DNA of 64,000 nucleotides from a virus (Duplodnaviria; Caudoviricetes): IMG/VR virus record IMGVR_UViG_2695420662_000003, positions 66,837 to 130,836 of that record; one strand, 5' to 3'. Shown piece by piece: positions 29,307 to 39,142 of this stretch (position 1 is its first letter; each line of letters starts with the position of its first letter). The notes under the pieces were generated by a model. It saw only the letters and a program-made list of their open reading frames with translations, ran no database searches and was not told where the DNA came from. The position numbers and the translations under genes were made by a program.

Positions 29307-30752
29307 GTGAATAGAAAAATTAAATTTGAAACTTCTATTGATATTACCGAAGAGGTTATAAACAATAACGCACATCGTGCTAGATTAAAGGTTTTACATA
29401 GTGGACTAAATCAAAATGGCAGCGATGTAACAGTTGAAGCAATAGAAGAATCTATACCAACATTAGCAAATAAACCAATATTGGCTTATATAGAAAGAGA
29501 TGAAAATGGGGATGCAACAGGATTCGGAGGTCATAATTCGCATTTAGAAATAAAAGAAAAAGATGGAGAATTATATGTTACTGAATTCTTTGATGAAATA
29601 CCTATAGGTGTTATACCTGAAAGTCATAATGCTAAAGTTGAAGAAATTGATGGTAAAAAATATTTAACATGTGATTGTTTAATCTGGAAAGGTTATAGCA
29701 ATGAGGCGTATGACATGTTAGTTGAAAATGAAAAGAATGATGTTTCATGTGAAATGGAAGTTAAGGCGTTAGAATTTGATGATGATGGAGTTATGCAAAT
29801 AAAGAAATTCAACTTCTTAGGAGTGACTGTCATAGGTGTTCCACCTGGAATGATAGGTGCTGAAATAGATATGAATGCAGAATTCTTTAGTCAATTAAGA
29901 GAAAAATTTACAAAAGACATTAATGATATTAATACATATTTAAAACAAGAGAATAGTGGAAAGGAGGATAATGAGTTGGAAGATAACAAGAAAGAATTTG
30001 AACAAGTTAAAGATGACAATGTAGAAAACACTGATGAAAAGAAGGTTGAATTTGGATTATCAATAGATAATTTAAGACAATCTATAAACTCTCAATTACA
30101 AGAAATGACTACCACTCGTACTGATTACTGGGGTGATGAATATGAGTGTAGAATGTATTGGTTAGAGACTATTCTAATAGATGAAAAAGTAGTAATACTA
30201 GAAGACTATAATGACTGGAATAAGCATTATGGAGTTAATTATACTATGGACGGAGACAATGTAATATTAGACTTCGATTCTAAGAAAGAGTACATACAAG
30301 AGTGGAGAGAGAAGACTTCTACAGATGAAGTAATAACATTTGAAAGAGAAGATGTTGTAAAAGATATAGTTATGAAGAAGTTTGAAAATAAAGATCAAGA
30401 AATAGCTGATTTAAAAGATTCATTAACTAAATTAGAAACATTCAAAGCAGAATATGATGCGAAAGTTGAGTTAGAAAAAGTTACTAATCAAGTAAATGAG
30501 GTTGTTGAAAAGTTTGACTTTGAGGAAGATGAAATATCTGAATTAAAAGAAAAGGCTATAAATAAAGAATTTACAATAGAAACTTTTGAATTACACTTAG
30601 AGGCATTATACGGAAGAAAAGTAAGAGAACAAAAGAATGAAAAGAAGAGTTTCAGCAAAGAACCTGAAAAATTAACAGTTAGTGATCCTGTAGTTGAAAA
30701 AGAAGATGAAAGAAAATTGTATTTCGAAGAATTAAAGAAAAAATATTTATAA
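29307..30752 (+). CDS. prohead protease/scaffold protein
   Basis: HSGLNQNGS, PTLANKPILAY, GGH, VSCE, FLGV..PGM..A; acidic coiled-coil C-terminus. Confidence 0.75.
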   Translation: MNRKIKFETSIDITEEVINNNAHRARLKVLHSGLNQNGSDVTVEAIEESIPTLANKPILAYIERDENGDATGFGGHNSHLEIKEKDGELYVTEFFDEIPIGVIPESHNAKVEEIDGKKYLTCDCLIWKGYSNEAYDMLVENEKNDVSCEMEVKALEFDDDGVMQIKKFNFLGVTVIGVPPGMIGAEIDMNAEFFSQLREKFTKDINDINTYLKQENSGKEDNELEDNKKEFEQVKDDNVENTDEKKVEFGLSIDNLRQSINSQLQEMTTTRTDYWGDEYECRMYWLETILIDEKVVILEDYNDWNKHYGVNYTMDGDNVILDFDSKKEYIQEWREKTSTDEVITFEREDVVKDIVMKKFENKDQEIADLKDSLTKLETFKAEYDAKVELEKVTNQVNEVVEKFDFEEDEISELKEKAINKEFTIETFELHLEALYGRKVREQKNEKKSFSKEPEKLTVSDPVVEKEDERKLYFEELKKKYL

Positions 30753-30771
30753 TAATCGGAGGTAAGTACAT

Positions 30772-31239
30772 ATGGCAGATAAATACATATTAAATGAAGA
30801 TAAAGCGAAGGGTTCTTGTGTGTCTTTTAAAGCACATAAGGCATTACAAAGAGGTGCGTTATTAGAAATAGACGGAATGGCAGATTCAGTTTTAGGAAAA
30901 GGGGATTTAGAATTATACAAAGTTAAAGATGCAACTGCTGAAACAAAGAGAGGTAATTTATTAGTTAACGTAGCAGTTCCAAAGATGTATGATGATAAAT
31001 TAACTGAGAGAGATTTCGAAGTGGCAAATGGCGAAGTAGGAAGAGGTAGAAATCCTGAACCACATTGCGTTCACACTATAGCAAAAGAATTAATAAATGG
31101 AGAACCACAAGCAGGATGGAAGTTAAAATTAGGCGATGGTAAATTTGATGAGGATTCTGTTGGAACAAATGCTATAGCAATAGTTGAAGAAGTTCTAAAT
31201 TGGAAAGGCCAAGATTCTGTAAGAATAAGATACATATAA
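30772..31239 (+). CDS. head decoration/capsid cement protein
   Basis: 155 aa between protease and major capsid; GGAGG SD. Confidence 0.6.
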   Translation: MADKYILNEDKAKGSCVSFKAHKALQRGALLEIDGMADSVLGKGDLELYKVKDATAETKRGNLLVNVAVPKMYDDKLTERDFEVANGEVGRGRNPEPHCVHTIAKELINGEPQAGWKLKLGDGKFDEDSVGTNAIAIVEEVLNWKGQDSVRIRYI

Positions 31240-31296
31240 TTCAAAAATAAAAAATGAGCGGAAAATATTTATAATAATCGGAGGTATAAAGTACAT

Positions 31297-32289
31297 ATGT
31301 CAAATAAATTTGAAATAAGAGATATAGCAAGAGAATTATACAGAGGAAATATAGAGAAATTCTCTGGTGGAGCGATAAATGAAAAAGAAGGAACTGATAT
31401 GGTAACTAATGCTATATTAGACGTTTGTGGATGCAAAGAAAAGTTTAATATGAATAAATTTATGGATAACAAATATAAAGTATTCCAAATATTAGAAGAA
31501 GTGTTAACTGAGCCTGTTCAAGATGGTATAGTTCCTCAATATCAAGAGTGGATGGATATACAAAATGTAGGATATAATGAAACTTATAGTTTCAAAACTT
31601 TGGATAATGACTTATTTAGAGTTGGTGTTGTTGCAGACGGAACACATGACTTCCATAGACAAAGATTAATGAATGGTAAACTAAGCATGTCTAGTTTCTC
31701 ACTAGGAATCGCTATATATGAAGAATTCCATAACTTAAGAACTGGAAAAGTTAATTTCGCACAAATGATAGATAGAGTTAAGGAGTCTTTTGATGCTGAA
31801 ATAATGAGAATGGTAGTAGACATGATTGCCAAATCTTATGATGGACTAGATACAAAATTCAAAGTTAAAGGTTCTTATGATGAAACTAAATTATTAGAAA
31901 TAGTAGATAGAGTTGAGGCAAAATCTAGAAAGAAAGCAGTTATATACGGAACTAGAACAGCATTAAGCAACCTAAAAGGATTGTCAGAAGCAGATAAAGA
32001 AGATATAAGAAATCATGGATGCCTTAGAATGTGGAATGGTATAACTTGTATAGAAATACCACAAGCATTAAATTCTAAAGATGATTTCATAGTTGATAAC
32101 AAAACTTTATTCGTTATACCGGATGGAACAAAGATAGTTAAATTACTTATGGAAGGTGAACCTGAGGTAAGAGAAACTACTTCTGAAGAACAAAGAGATG
32201 ATCAACAAATAGAGTTTGCATTCATGCAAAGAATACAAATAGGTATAGCAAAATCTAATATATACGGAATGTTTGTTATACACCCATAA
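31297..32289 (+). CDS. major capsid protein
   Basis: 330 aa; FQILEEV, RQRL, IYEE, VIYGTRTAL motifs; followed by a hairpin at 32312-32334. Confidence 0.8.
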   Translation: MSNKFEIRDIARELYRGNIEKFSGGAINEKEGTDMVTNAILDVCGCKEKFNMNKFMDNKYKVFQILEEVLTEPVQDGIVPQYQEWMDIQNVGYNETYSFKTLDNDLFRVGVVADGTHDFHRQRLMNGKLSMSSFSLGIAIYEEFHNLRTGKVNFAQMIDRVKESFDAEIMRMVVDMIAKSYDGLDTKFKVKGSYDETKLLEIVDRVEAKSRKKAVIYGTRTALSNLKGLSEADKEDIRNHGCLRMWNGITCIEIPQALNSKDDFIVDNKTLFVIPDGTKIVKLLMEGEPEVRETTSEEQRDDQQIEFAFMQRIQIGIAKSNIYGMFVIHP

Positions 32290-32369
32290 TTAAAATAAGT
32301 ACATATGACATGAAGGAGGTTAAGTCCCTCCTTCTGATTTACAATTTGAAATAAAGGAGAGAATGATAG

Positions 32370-32948
32370 ATGGCGAAAGCAAAAGCAAGTGAAAAAAAAG
32401 AAAGAAAAATGACTAAGAGTGAGTTAAAAGCATTATTAAAAAATGCAGAGATAGATATAGTATCTAATGATACAGCACAACTAATATACAAGTGTCCTAT
32501 AACTCATCAAGAAATATATCTAGATGAATACGGAGATACTGAATCTGTAGGTATGGATGTACTACAAAGTATGAAATCTAAAGCAAAAGATTTCTTTAGA
32601 AAATATTGGATAATAATTGAAGATGTTTATATACCTAATTCAGAGGCCGATGTATCTGTTGAAGATGTGTATAATTTCCTTGGATTATCTAATGTATATG
32701 AAGAAATATCTGATTTTGAGGGTGGATATTTTGACAACCTTTTATTAAAAGAAAAGAATGATAAATTTGCAGATAGAGTTGAGGATATGGATAAGAAAAT
32801 GTTAGCACAGTTAATAACTAGATCTGTCACTTTATATCAAGAAGGAAAATTTGATAATTCTAGAAAGCAAACTATATTAGAAGGTTTGGCAGATAATGAG
32901 TTCTTATATAAAGAAAATGATATGAAACCTAAAAAGAAAAAGAAGTAG
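32370..32948 (+). CDS. hypothetical virion-module protein
   Basis: AAGGAG SD; position after the major capsid gene. Confidence 0.75.
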   Translation: MAKAKASEKKERKMTKSELKALLKNAEIDIVSNDTAQLIYKCPITHQEIYLDEYGDTESVGMDVLQSMKSKAKDFFRKYWIIIEDVYIPNSEADVSVEDVYNFLGLSNVYEEISDFEGGYFDNLLLKEKNDKFADRVEDMDKKMLAQLITRSVTLYQEGKFDNSRKQTILEGLADNEFLYKENDMKPKKKKK

Positions 32949-32956
32949 GTGATTAA

Positions 32957-33391
32957 ATGACACCAATTTCGGAAATATATGATTCATTTTTAATGTTATT
33001 AGAAGACAGAAGTTTATCTAAATTGGCAAAAGATGATTTTGACTTTTTATTATTAACTTGGTTGAAAAATGCTATACCTAGATTTAATAATTGTAGAAAA
33101 TCACTTCAAATAAAAGATGTATTTTATCAGGATGAAAATCAAAAAGTTATTGATTCTGAGTTAGATTATGAAGAAATATCTATATTAGCACATGCAATGT
33201 TATTAATATGGACAAAGAAGAGGTTGCATAGAGAGCAATTGACTGAACAACAATTTGGTACAAAAGATTTCTCTAAGTTATCAAACTCAAACGTATTGCT
33301 AAGATTAAAAGATACATATGAGGTAGACCTGAGAGAGTTTAATTCTATGAAAAGAAGATATGGTATGAAATTTATAGGGGAACTTAATTAA
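32957..33391 (+). CDS. putative head-tail adaptor
   Basis: MTPISEIYDSFL..EEISILAHAMLLIW..KDFS; synteny. Confidence 0.6.
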   Translation: MTPISEIYDSFLMLLEDRSLSKLAKDDFDFLLLTWLKNAIPRFNNCRKSLQIKDVFYQDENQKVIDSELDYEEISILAHAMLLIWTKKRLHREQLTEQQFGTKDFSKLSNSNVLLRLKDTYEVDLREFNSMKRRYGMKFIGELN

Positions 33392-33392
33392 T

Positions 33393-34361
33393 ATGAGTTA
33401 CTATGATAGATTCAAAAGAATGAATGGATTGTATGGTGATTCTGTAGCAGAGGAAAGTACAAATAAAGGTAGAATTGACTTTAAAGATATGCTAGAGAAT
33501 GACCTATCTCCAACTGTACATAGAGTTGAATTAAGTGTTAACCTAGAAGATAATGTTGATTCGCCAAAGGAAGTAAAAGTAGATGTAGGAAACGTAGGTA
33601 ATAATGATCAAAGGGAATTCGATGAAAAATACATTAAGTTTGCATATGATGAGAAAGTTACTATAGGTTCTCAAGTTAAATGGAAAGATAAGCATTGGCT
33701 AATAGTACATGAAGAAGAAATGTCTTACGATATATATCAAAACTTTACGATGAAATGGTGTAATAATATATTAAGATACAAACTAAATGGTGTAATCCAT
33801 GAGATCCCCACAGTAGTTTCAAACTTAACTTTATATTCTGATGGTATGTCAGATATGGTTTATATTTCTACTCAAGATGGAAAAAGAAATTTACTTATGC
33901 CAGAAAATAATCTAACTAAGAATATAGATATTAACACAAGGATAATGTTAACAAACGAAACAGTATATAAGGTTACACATGTGAATAATTTTACTCAAAA
34001 AGGTGTGAGAGAATTAGCTTTAGTACAGGTAGAACTACATAGCTTGGATGATAAAGAGAATAATATAGCATACAATGAAGAATCTGAAGTGATTGAAAAG
34101 CCAATAAATACTTATATTGAAGGAGAAAATGTGATTTACATTGGTTCTTTTAATGAATATGAAGTTTTAAATGGTGAAAGTACATATGATTGGAATATTG
34201 AGGAAAATCCAGGATATTTAAAATTAATTAAGAGCGGAAATAAATGCAGCATTGAATGCGAAGGTAATAGTGATTATATAGGAGATAGCTTTAAGTTGGT
34301 ATTACTAGAAAATGATTTAATGATAGATGAGAAAATAATTAAGGTGAGGGGGTTCTGTTAA
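33393..34361 (+). CDS. putative head closure/connector protein
   Basis: IGSQVKW..WLI..CNNILRY; synteny. Confidence 0.55.
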   Translation: MSYYDRFKRMNGLYGDSVAEESTNKGRIDFKDMLENDLSPTVHRVELSVNLEDNVDSPKEVKVDVGNVGNNDQREFDEKYIKFAYDEKVTIGSQVKWKDKHWLIVHEEEMSYDIYQNFTMKWCNNILRYKLNGVIHEIPTVVSNLTLYSDGMSDMVYISTQDGKRNLLMPENNLTKNIDINTRIMLTNETVYKVTHVNNFTQKGVRELALVQVELHSLDDKENNIAYNEESEVIEKPINTYIEGENVIYIGSFNEYEVLNGESTYDWNIEENPGYLKLIKSGNKCSIECEGNSDYIGDSFKLVLLENDLMIDEKIIKVRGFC

Positions 34362-34364
34362 AAT

Positions 34365-34868
34365 ATGAATGATAGAGTTACTAGTGTAAGTAATAAGATT
34401 ATATCAGAGATAGCAGCGAAGTTATTTGAATGTGATGATATAATGAAATTTTTATATTACACAGATAAGAAATACGAAAATCAGAGTATTTTTGATGAAC
34501 CAAAAGTATCACCTGCTAAAATAATTAATAAGTATATATTTATAAATCGAAGAATTCCTACACCGCTAACAAATACAGGTGCTTTTATGGCTATAAGATT
34601 TTATGACTATGGAGGGAAATCTGTAGGTAAGAACATAAAAAAAATGTTAATAGATATAGATATAATTGTTCATGAAGATTGTATGGTAACTATACATGGA
34701 ACAAGAGATACATTTTTGATAGATGCTGTTCAAAATGCTTTAGATTGTTCATTACCATCTTCCGTAGGTAAATGTGAAGTTAAGAGAACTTATGACATAC
34801 TAGGATTAAATGTTAAGTATAGTGGATTTACAGTTAGGATAGAAGTAGATGCATTTAATAAAAAATAA
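34365..34868 (+). CDS. putative tail terminator/completion protein
   Basis: IMKFLYY..IDIIVH; synteny. Confidence 0.5.
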   Translation: MNDRVTSVSNKIISEIAAKLFECDDIMKFLYYTDKKYENQSIFDEPKVSPAKIINKYIFINRRIPTPLTNTGAFMAIRFYDYGGKSVGKNIKKMLIDIDIIVHEDCMVTIHGTRDTFLIDAVQNALDCSLPSSVGKCEVKRTYDILGLNVKYSGFTVRIEVDAFNKK

Positions 34869-35577
34869 GAGAAATTTAATGTTTGGCCTATCTATCAAAT
34901 TAGATCATTATCTAGGTACTATTCACCAACCAACCCTAAAAGATATCATTGAATACGATGTAAAAGAAGAAGATATATGGTTTCCTTTTGCGATTGATAA
35001 AAACTTATGTTTGGATAAGTGTAGTATATTTGAAACTTTATTAATTTTACATATTTCAAAACAAGATAAACAAATTATGGATAGTTTAAAAAAATCACTT
35101 ATGATTCTATATAAAACAGAGGATGTCGAGTTGAATATAAATACTCAAACTATTGTTATAGATAAAAAATATACATTAAATGCTGATAATTTTGACTATT
35201 TATGTAAGAACGTTGCAGATATATTTATGCTTAATTTATTTCAAATACAGAAGAAGTACGATGAAGTAAGAGCGGAAAATTCTCGTCCTAAGACAGAGGC
35301 GGAGAAACAATTAGAAATGCTTAGAAGAAGAAGTATGCAACGTAGAAAAAATAAACAAAGTGAATTTGATTTGATAGATATGTCAAACTACCTTATACAC
35401 AGTTCGGAAAAATATACATATGAAAATGTTTTAAATATGACGGTTTGGCAAATCAAAAATAGTTTTAACTTATATAACAAAAAAGAGAATTTTGACATGG
35501 AAAAAAGATATCGAACTAGCGGAAATTTCGATATGGGAAAAGAAAAGATGAAACACTGGTTCTTTAAGGATCAGTAA
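34849..35577 (+). CDS. putative tail assembly protein
   Basis: IHQPTLKDI, NMTVWQI, C-terminal HW; synteny. Confidence 0.55.
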   Translation: MHLIKNKRNLMFGLSIKLDHYLGTIHQPTLKDIIEYDVKEEDIWFPFAIDKNLCLDKCSIFETLLILHISKQDKQIMDSLKKSLMILYKTEDVELNINTQTIVIDKKYTLNADNFDYLCKNVADIFMLNLFQIQKKYDEVRAENSRPKTEAEKQLEMLRRRSMQRRKNKQSEFDLIDMSNYLIHSSEKYTYENVLNMTVWQIKNSFNLYNKKENFDMEKRYRTSGNFDMGKEKMKHWFFKDQ

Positions 35578-35602
35578 AATATATTTTGGAGGTATCGTAC
35601 AT

Positions 35603-36127
35603 ATGAGCAAGATAAAAAATTTCGCAATAAAAGAAGGGATGAACTTTAAGTTAACAGATAATGCAACAAAAGCAGAGTATTTTACTGTAGACTACATAAA
35701 CAGTGCAAGTTTATCTTTAGAAGGGGATACTACATATGCTAAAAAAAGAGGAACTAATGCTATAGCATTCCCAAACGCCAAAACTGGAACATTCACAATA
35801 GAAGCAGACGTTTCTAATGAGAAAATGTTGGCATTACAATTAGACGGTGTATTATCACAAACTACAGCAGCAGATGACACTATAACAGTTAAGGCAATAG
35901 GTAAATCAAAGAGTTTTAAATTAGAAGGTACATTTAATGTTACTTTCGATGATGGAACTGGTACAGGATTAAGAAAGATAGTTATGGGGAATGTTTCACC
36001 ACAAACAAATGCAGAAATAACATTCTCAGACGAAGAAATAACAGTGTTCAAGATGGTATTTGACGTTCTTGTAGATAGCAAAGGAGATTTAGTTGTTATC
36101 GGGCCTGAGGGTTTGGGAGCAGAGTAA
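35603..36127 (+). CDS. major tail (tube) protein
   Basis: Beta-rich 174 aa; NFAIKE..FDVL; followed by a strong terminator. Confidence 0.7.
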   Translation: MSKIKNFAIKEGMNFKLTDNATKAEYFTVDYINSASLSLEGDTTYAKKRGTNAIAFPNAKTGTFTIEADVSNEKMLALQLDGVLSQTTAADDTITVKAIGKSKSFKLEGTFNVTFDDGTGTGLRKIVMGNVSPQTNAEITFSDEEITVFKMVFDVLVDSKGDLVVIGPEGLGAE

Positions 36128-36147
36128 AAAGAGAAAGTCAAGAAAGG

Positions 36148-36185
36148 TGAGTAGAGATTAATTTCTCTACTCATTTATTTTTTTA
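36148..36185 (+). terminator. intrinsic terminator
   Basis: TGAGTAGAGA-TTAATT-TCTCTACTCA followed by a T-rich tract. Confidence 0.85.
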
Positions 36186-36331
36186 ATTTTAAAAACATTT
36201 TAATATCGTTTTAATCTTAAAAAAATAAATGAGTAAATTTTAAAAATATTATTGACGGGTATGAAAAGATATGATATTATTTAAATATAGTCAGAGATGA
36301 CTAAAGTACATATTAAAGGAGAAAAATAAAT

Positions 36332-36793
36332 ATGAAAATGGAGTTATATGAGAATAACGTATATGCCTACATTCCTTTTGTTGATGAGAACGGGGAAGAT
36401 ATGTATATACAAATCTTGAATCCTAGTGGAGAACAAAAATCGGAATTTGTTAAGATAATCGTAGATGGATTACAAGATAAAGATAAGAGGTATTCAAAAG
36501 AAGAAGTATTGGAGTATATGATTAGTAATTTTACAAATTTAGAATTAGAAATACCTTTAAAAGAGTTAGATTTTACTAAGTTAAGTTTTGAATTTAAGAT
36601 GGTATTAAAACATTTAGAAGTATTACTACAACAAATACAACAAGAATTATTTATGAATATGAGATTGGAAACTATGAGACAGTTGACAAAAGAATACGAA
36701 GAATTAGCAATAGAAGAAAGTAAAGAATTGGCAACATTAAGATATAACAAGAAGAATCCGAAGAAAAAGAATAAGAGTAAAAAGAAGAAGTAA
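36332..36793 (+). CDS. putative tail assembly chaperone
   Basis: AAGGAG SD; own TTGACG-17-TATTAT promoter at 36252; position between tube and tape measure genes. Confidence 0.55.
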   Translation: MKMELYENNVYAYIPFVDENGEDMYIQILNPSGEQKSEFVKIIVDGLQDKDKRYSKEEVLEYMISNFTNLELEIPLKELDFTKLSFEFKMVLKHLEVLLQQIQQELFMNMRLETMRQLTKEYEELAIEESKELATLRYNKKNPKKKNKSKKKK

Positions 36794-36890
36794 ATAAAAC
36801 TTGGATTTTATGTGGATTTTAAGGTGTTAAAAATTGCGATATATCGAGGTTTTATAAAATTAGTACATATTTAAAAACGAGGAGAAATTC

Positions 36891-37292
36891 ATGGAATTTA
36901 ATAGTATCGAAGAAATGGTGTCATACGTCAAAAGACAAATTGCTAGCACGAATGATGACTTAGGCGAGGAAATGGTTAGAATTGCAAAAGAAGAGACTAA
37001 AAAACAACAAGAGTCCTATACACCTACGCAATATGAAAGAACGGGTGCTTTAGTTAATTGTATAGGTATTACCAATGTATCTCCAGAAAGCGTTGAAATT
37101 TCATGGCAAGATAATGGTGGATGGACATCTGTAAAAGGTTCTCCATTTTACGCCCCTGCTGGACTGGAAAACGGAACTACATGGGGAAGGTCTGGTACAG
37201 ATTTCGTAGATCAATCATTTAATGAAATAGAAGATAAAATTCCTTTAAGTTTCAAGCGTCATATTAAATCTAAGGGAGTCCCTATAGAATAA
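36891..37292 (+). CDS. HK97 gp10-like tail component
   Basis: YTPTQYERTGAL motif. Confidence 0.6.
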   Translation: MEFNSIEEMVSYVKRQIASTNDDLGEEMVRIAKEETKKQQESYTPTQYERTGALVNCIGITNVSPESVEISWQDNGGWTSVKGSPFYAPAGLENGTTWGRSGTDFVDQSFNEIEDKIPLSFKRHIKSKGVPIE

Positions 37293-37310
37293 GAGGAAGT
37301 TGGTGATAAA

Positions 37311-39142
37311 TTGTCCAATATATTCAAAATTAAAAACATAGTTGATATAGATAGTAAAAAAGCAACACAAGACTTAAATGAATGGCGAAAAAGACAACAA
37401 AAAGAAAAAATTAAGATGGATTTGGATATTGATAATTTTGGCAAGATAGAAAAGACATTAAAGAGATTACAGAGTTTATCGAATAAGATGAATTCGGATA
37501 TATCAAGGCAAAATCTAAAATTAGAACAAGATAGAATGAAACAACAGACGAAGTTGGCTCAACGTGAGATGGAACTTCGAATGAAAAATGAGTTAGAATT
37601 AGCAAAAAGAAAAACCAAAGACCTTACGGAAATAGAGAAAGCTAATATAAAAGAAATGTCTAAAATGGAGCAATCCATATATAAGGCAGATAAAAAACAG
37701 GCAACAGATTTAGCAAAACATAAACAAAAATTAGAACAGGATTTAGTTAAATATAGAGAGAATTTATCTAAATTAGATACAAGTAGATTGCAGCAAGATA
37801 ATAATTCTAAGTTAATGAATGAATATAAAGATGTTGCAAACACGATAGATAAACTTCAAAATCAGATGAATAAAGGTATTGGAGAGGATTCTATTGTAAG
37901 AACTACTAAAAAGGTAGAAGATTTAAAACGTACATATGAGCAACTTGCTAGACAGATAGATGAGGTTAATCGTAAATCATTTGATGATAAGCGTGAAAAT
38001 AAAAACTTGGCAAATATGAATAAGGATTTAATCAAGTTAGAGTCATCTGCCGATAAAGCAATTGCAAAACTTAATAGTTTAGATTTAAAAAATATAAATA
38101 CATCCCAAATTAAAGAAATAGAAAACTCACTTAGAAGACTAAAAGAGGTATCAAGTAAAGATTTAAATCTAGATTTAGATATACATATTGGAGATGCTAT
38201 TAATCAAGTTAGAGAATTAGATAGAGCATTAACTAACTTAAGTAGCGTAGATAAATTAGTTGGTGACTTTCAAAAAATAGAACATTCTATAAGAGATGCA
38301 TTTGGCGATGGAGTAGTAAATCAATTAAAGAATGATTTAAGACAATTAGAAGGTATGGCAACGAACCTAGATGGATCATTCGATAGAGCATTTAATTCTA
38401 TGAGTAGTGGAATGAGAGAAGTTTCTGCTGGTATAAGTAGAATGAATAATGATATGGATCAAATAGGTGTATCAGTTGGTAAATTTGATAATATATTCCA
38501 ATTTGCTATAGGTGATATGGCAGGAGATTTATTATATGATTCATTATACGGTGCGGTAAGTGCTATAGGCGATTTAGATAAAGCCATAACTAATGTTAAG
38601 AAGGTAGCCGATAGTTCTGACATTAACAGCGCTATGAAATTAGATGAGTTAAAAAATAGTGCTACCGAAGTTGCAAGAGGTGTAGGTATGTCTGTTGCAG
38701 AAGTTATGGAGGCAACCGCATCATCCATACAGGCAGGAGTGGCAAATAGTCTAGAAGGTTCACTAAAGGTAGCAGAACAAACAATGAAATTAGCAAATGT
38801 CGGCGAGATGACACAAGGTGATGCATCTGCTGCTGTAAATAGTATGATTAATGGATTTAAATTGAACCCATTAAAAGAAGTTCAAGTTCAAATGGGCGGA
38901 ACAATTCGTAAAACTAACGAATTAGAACTGGCTATGGATATGCTTAATCATGTAGGAAATAATTATGCGGTTAGCACAAATGATATATCGGAAGCGTTAA
39001 AACGTGGAGGTAGTGTATTATCAACATATGGTGTAACTTTAGGTGATACTGTTGGACTAATGACTGCTGCAAATGAAATAATGCAAGATCCTTCTAAGGT
39101 GGGAAATGCAATGAAAACCATCGGAATGAGACTTTCCGGGGT
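37311..39142 (+). CDS. tape measure protein, exon 1
   Basis: Coiled coil then TMP core LDKAITNVKKV..NHVGNNYAV..QDPSKVGNAMKTI. Confidence 0.9.

Noticed and set aside
36332..36890. Programmed frameshift of the tail chaperone (lambda G/GT type)
   Set aside because: No extended overlapping ORF follows; the next gene has its own SD about 90 nt downstream
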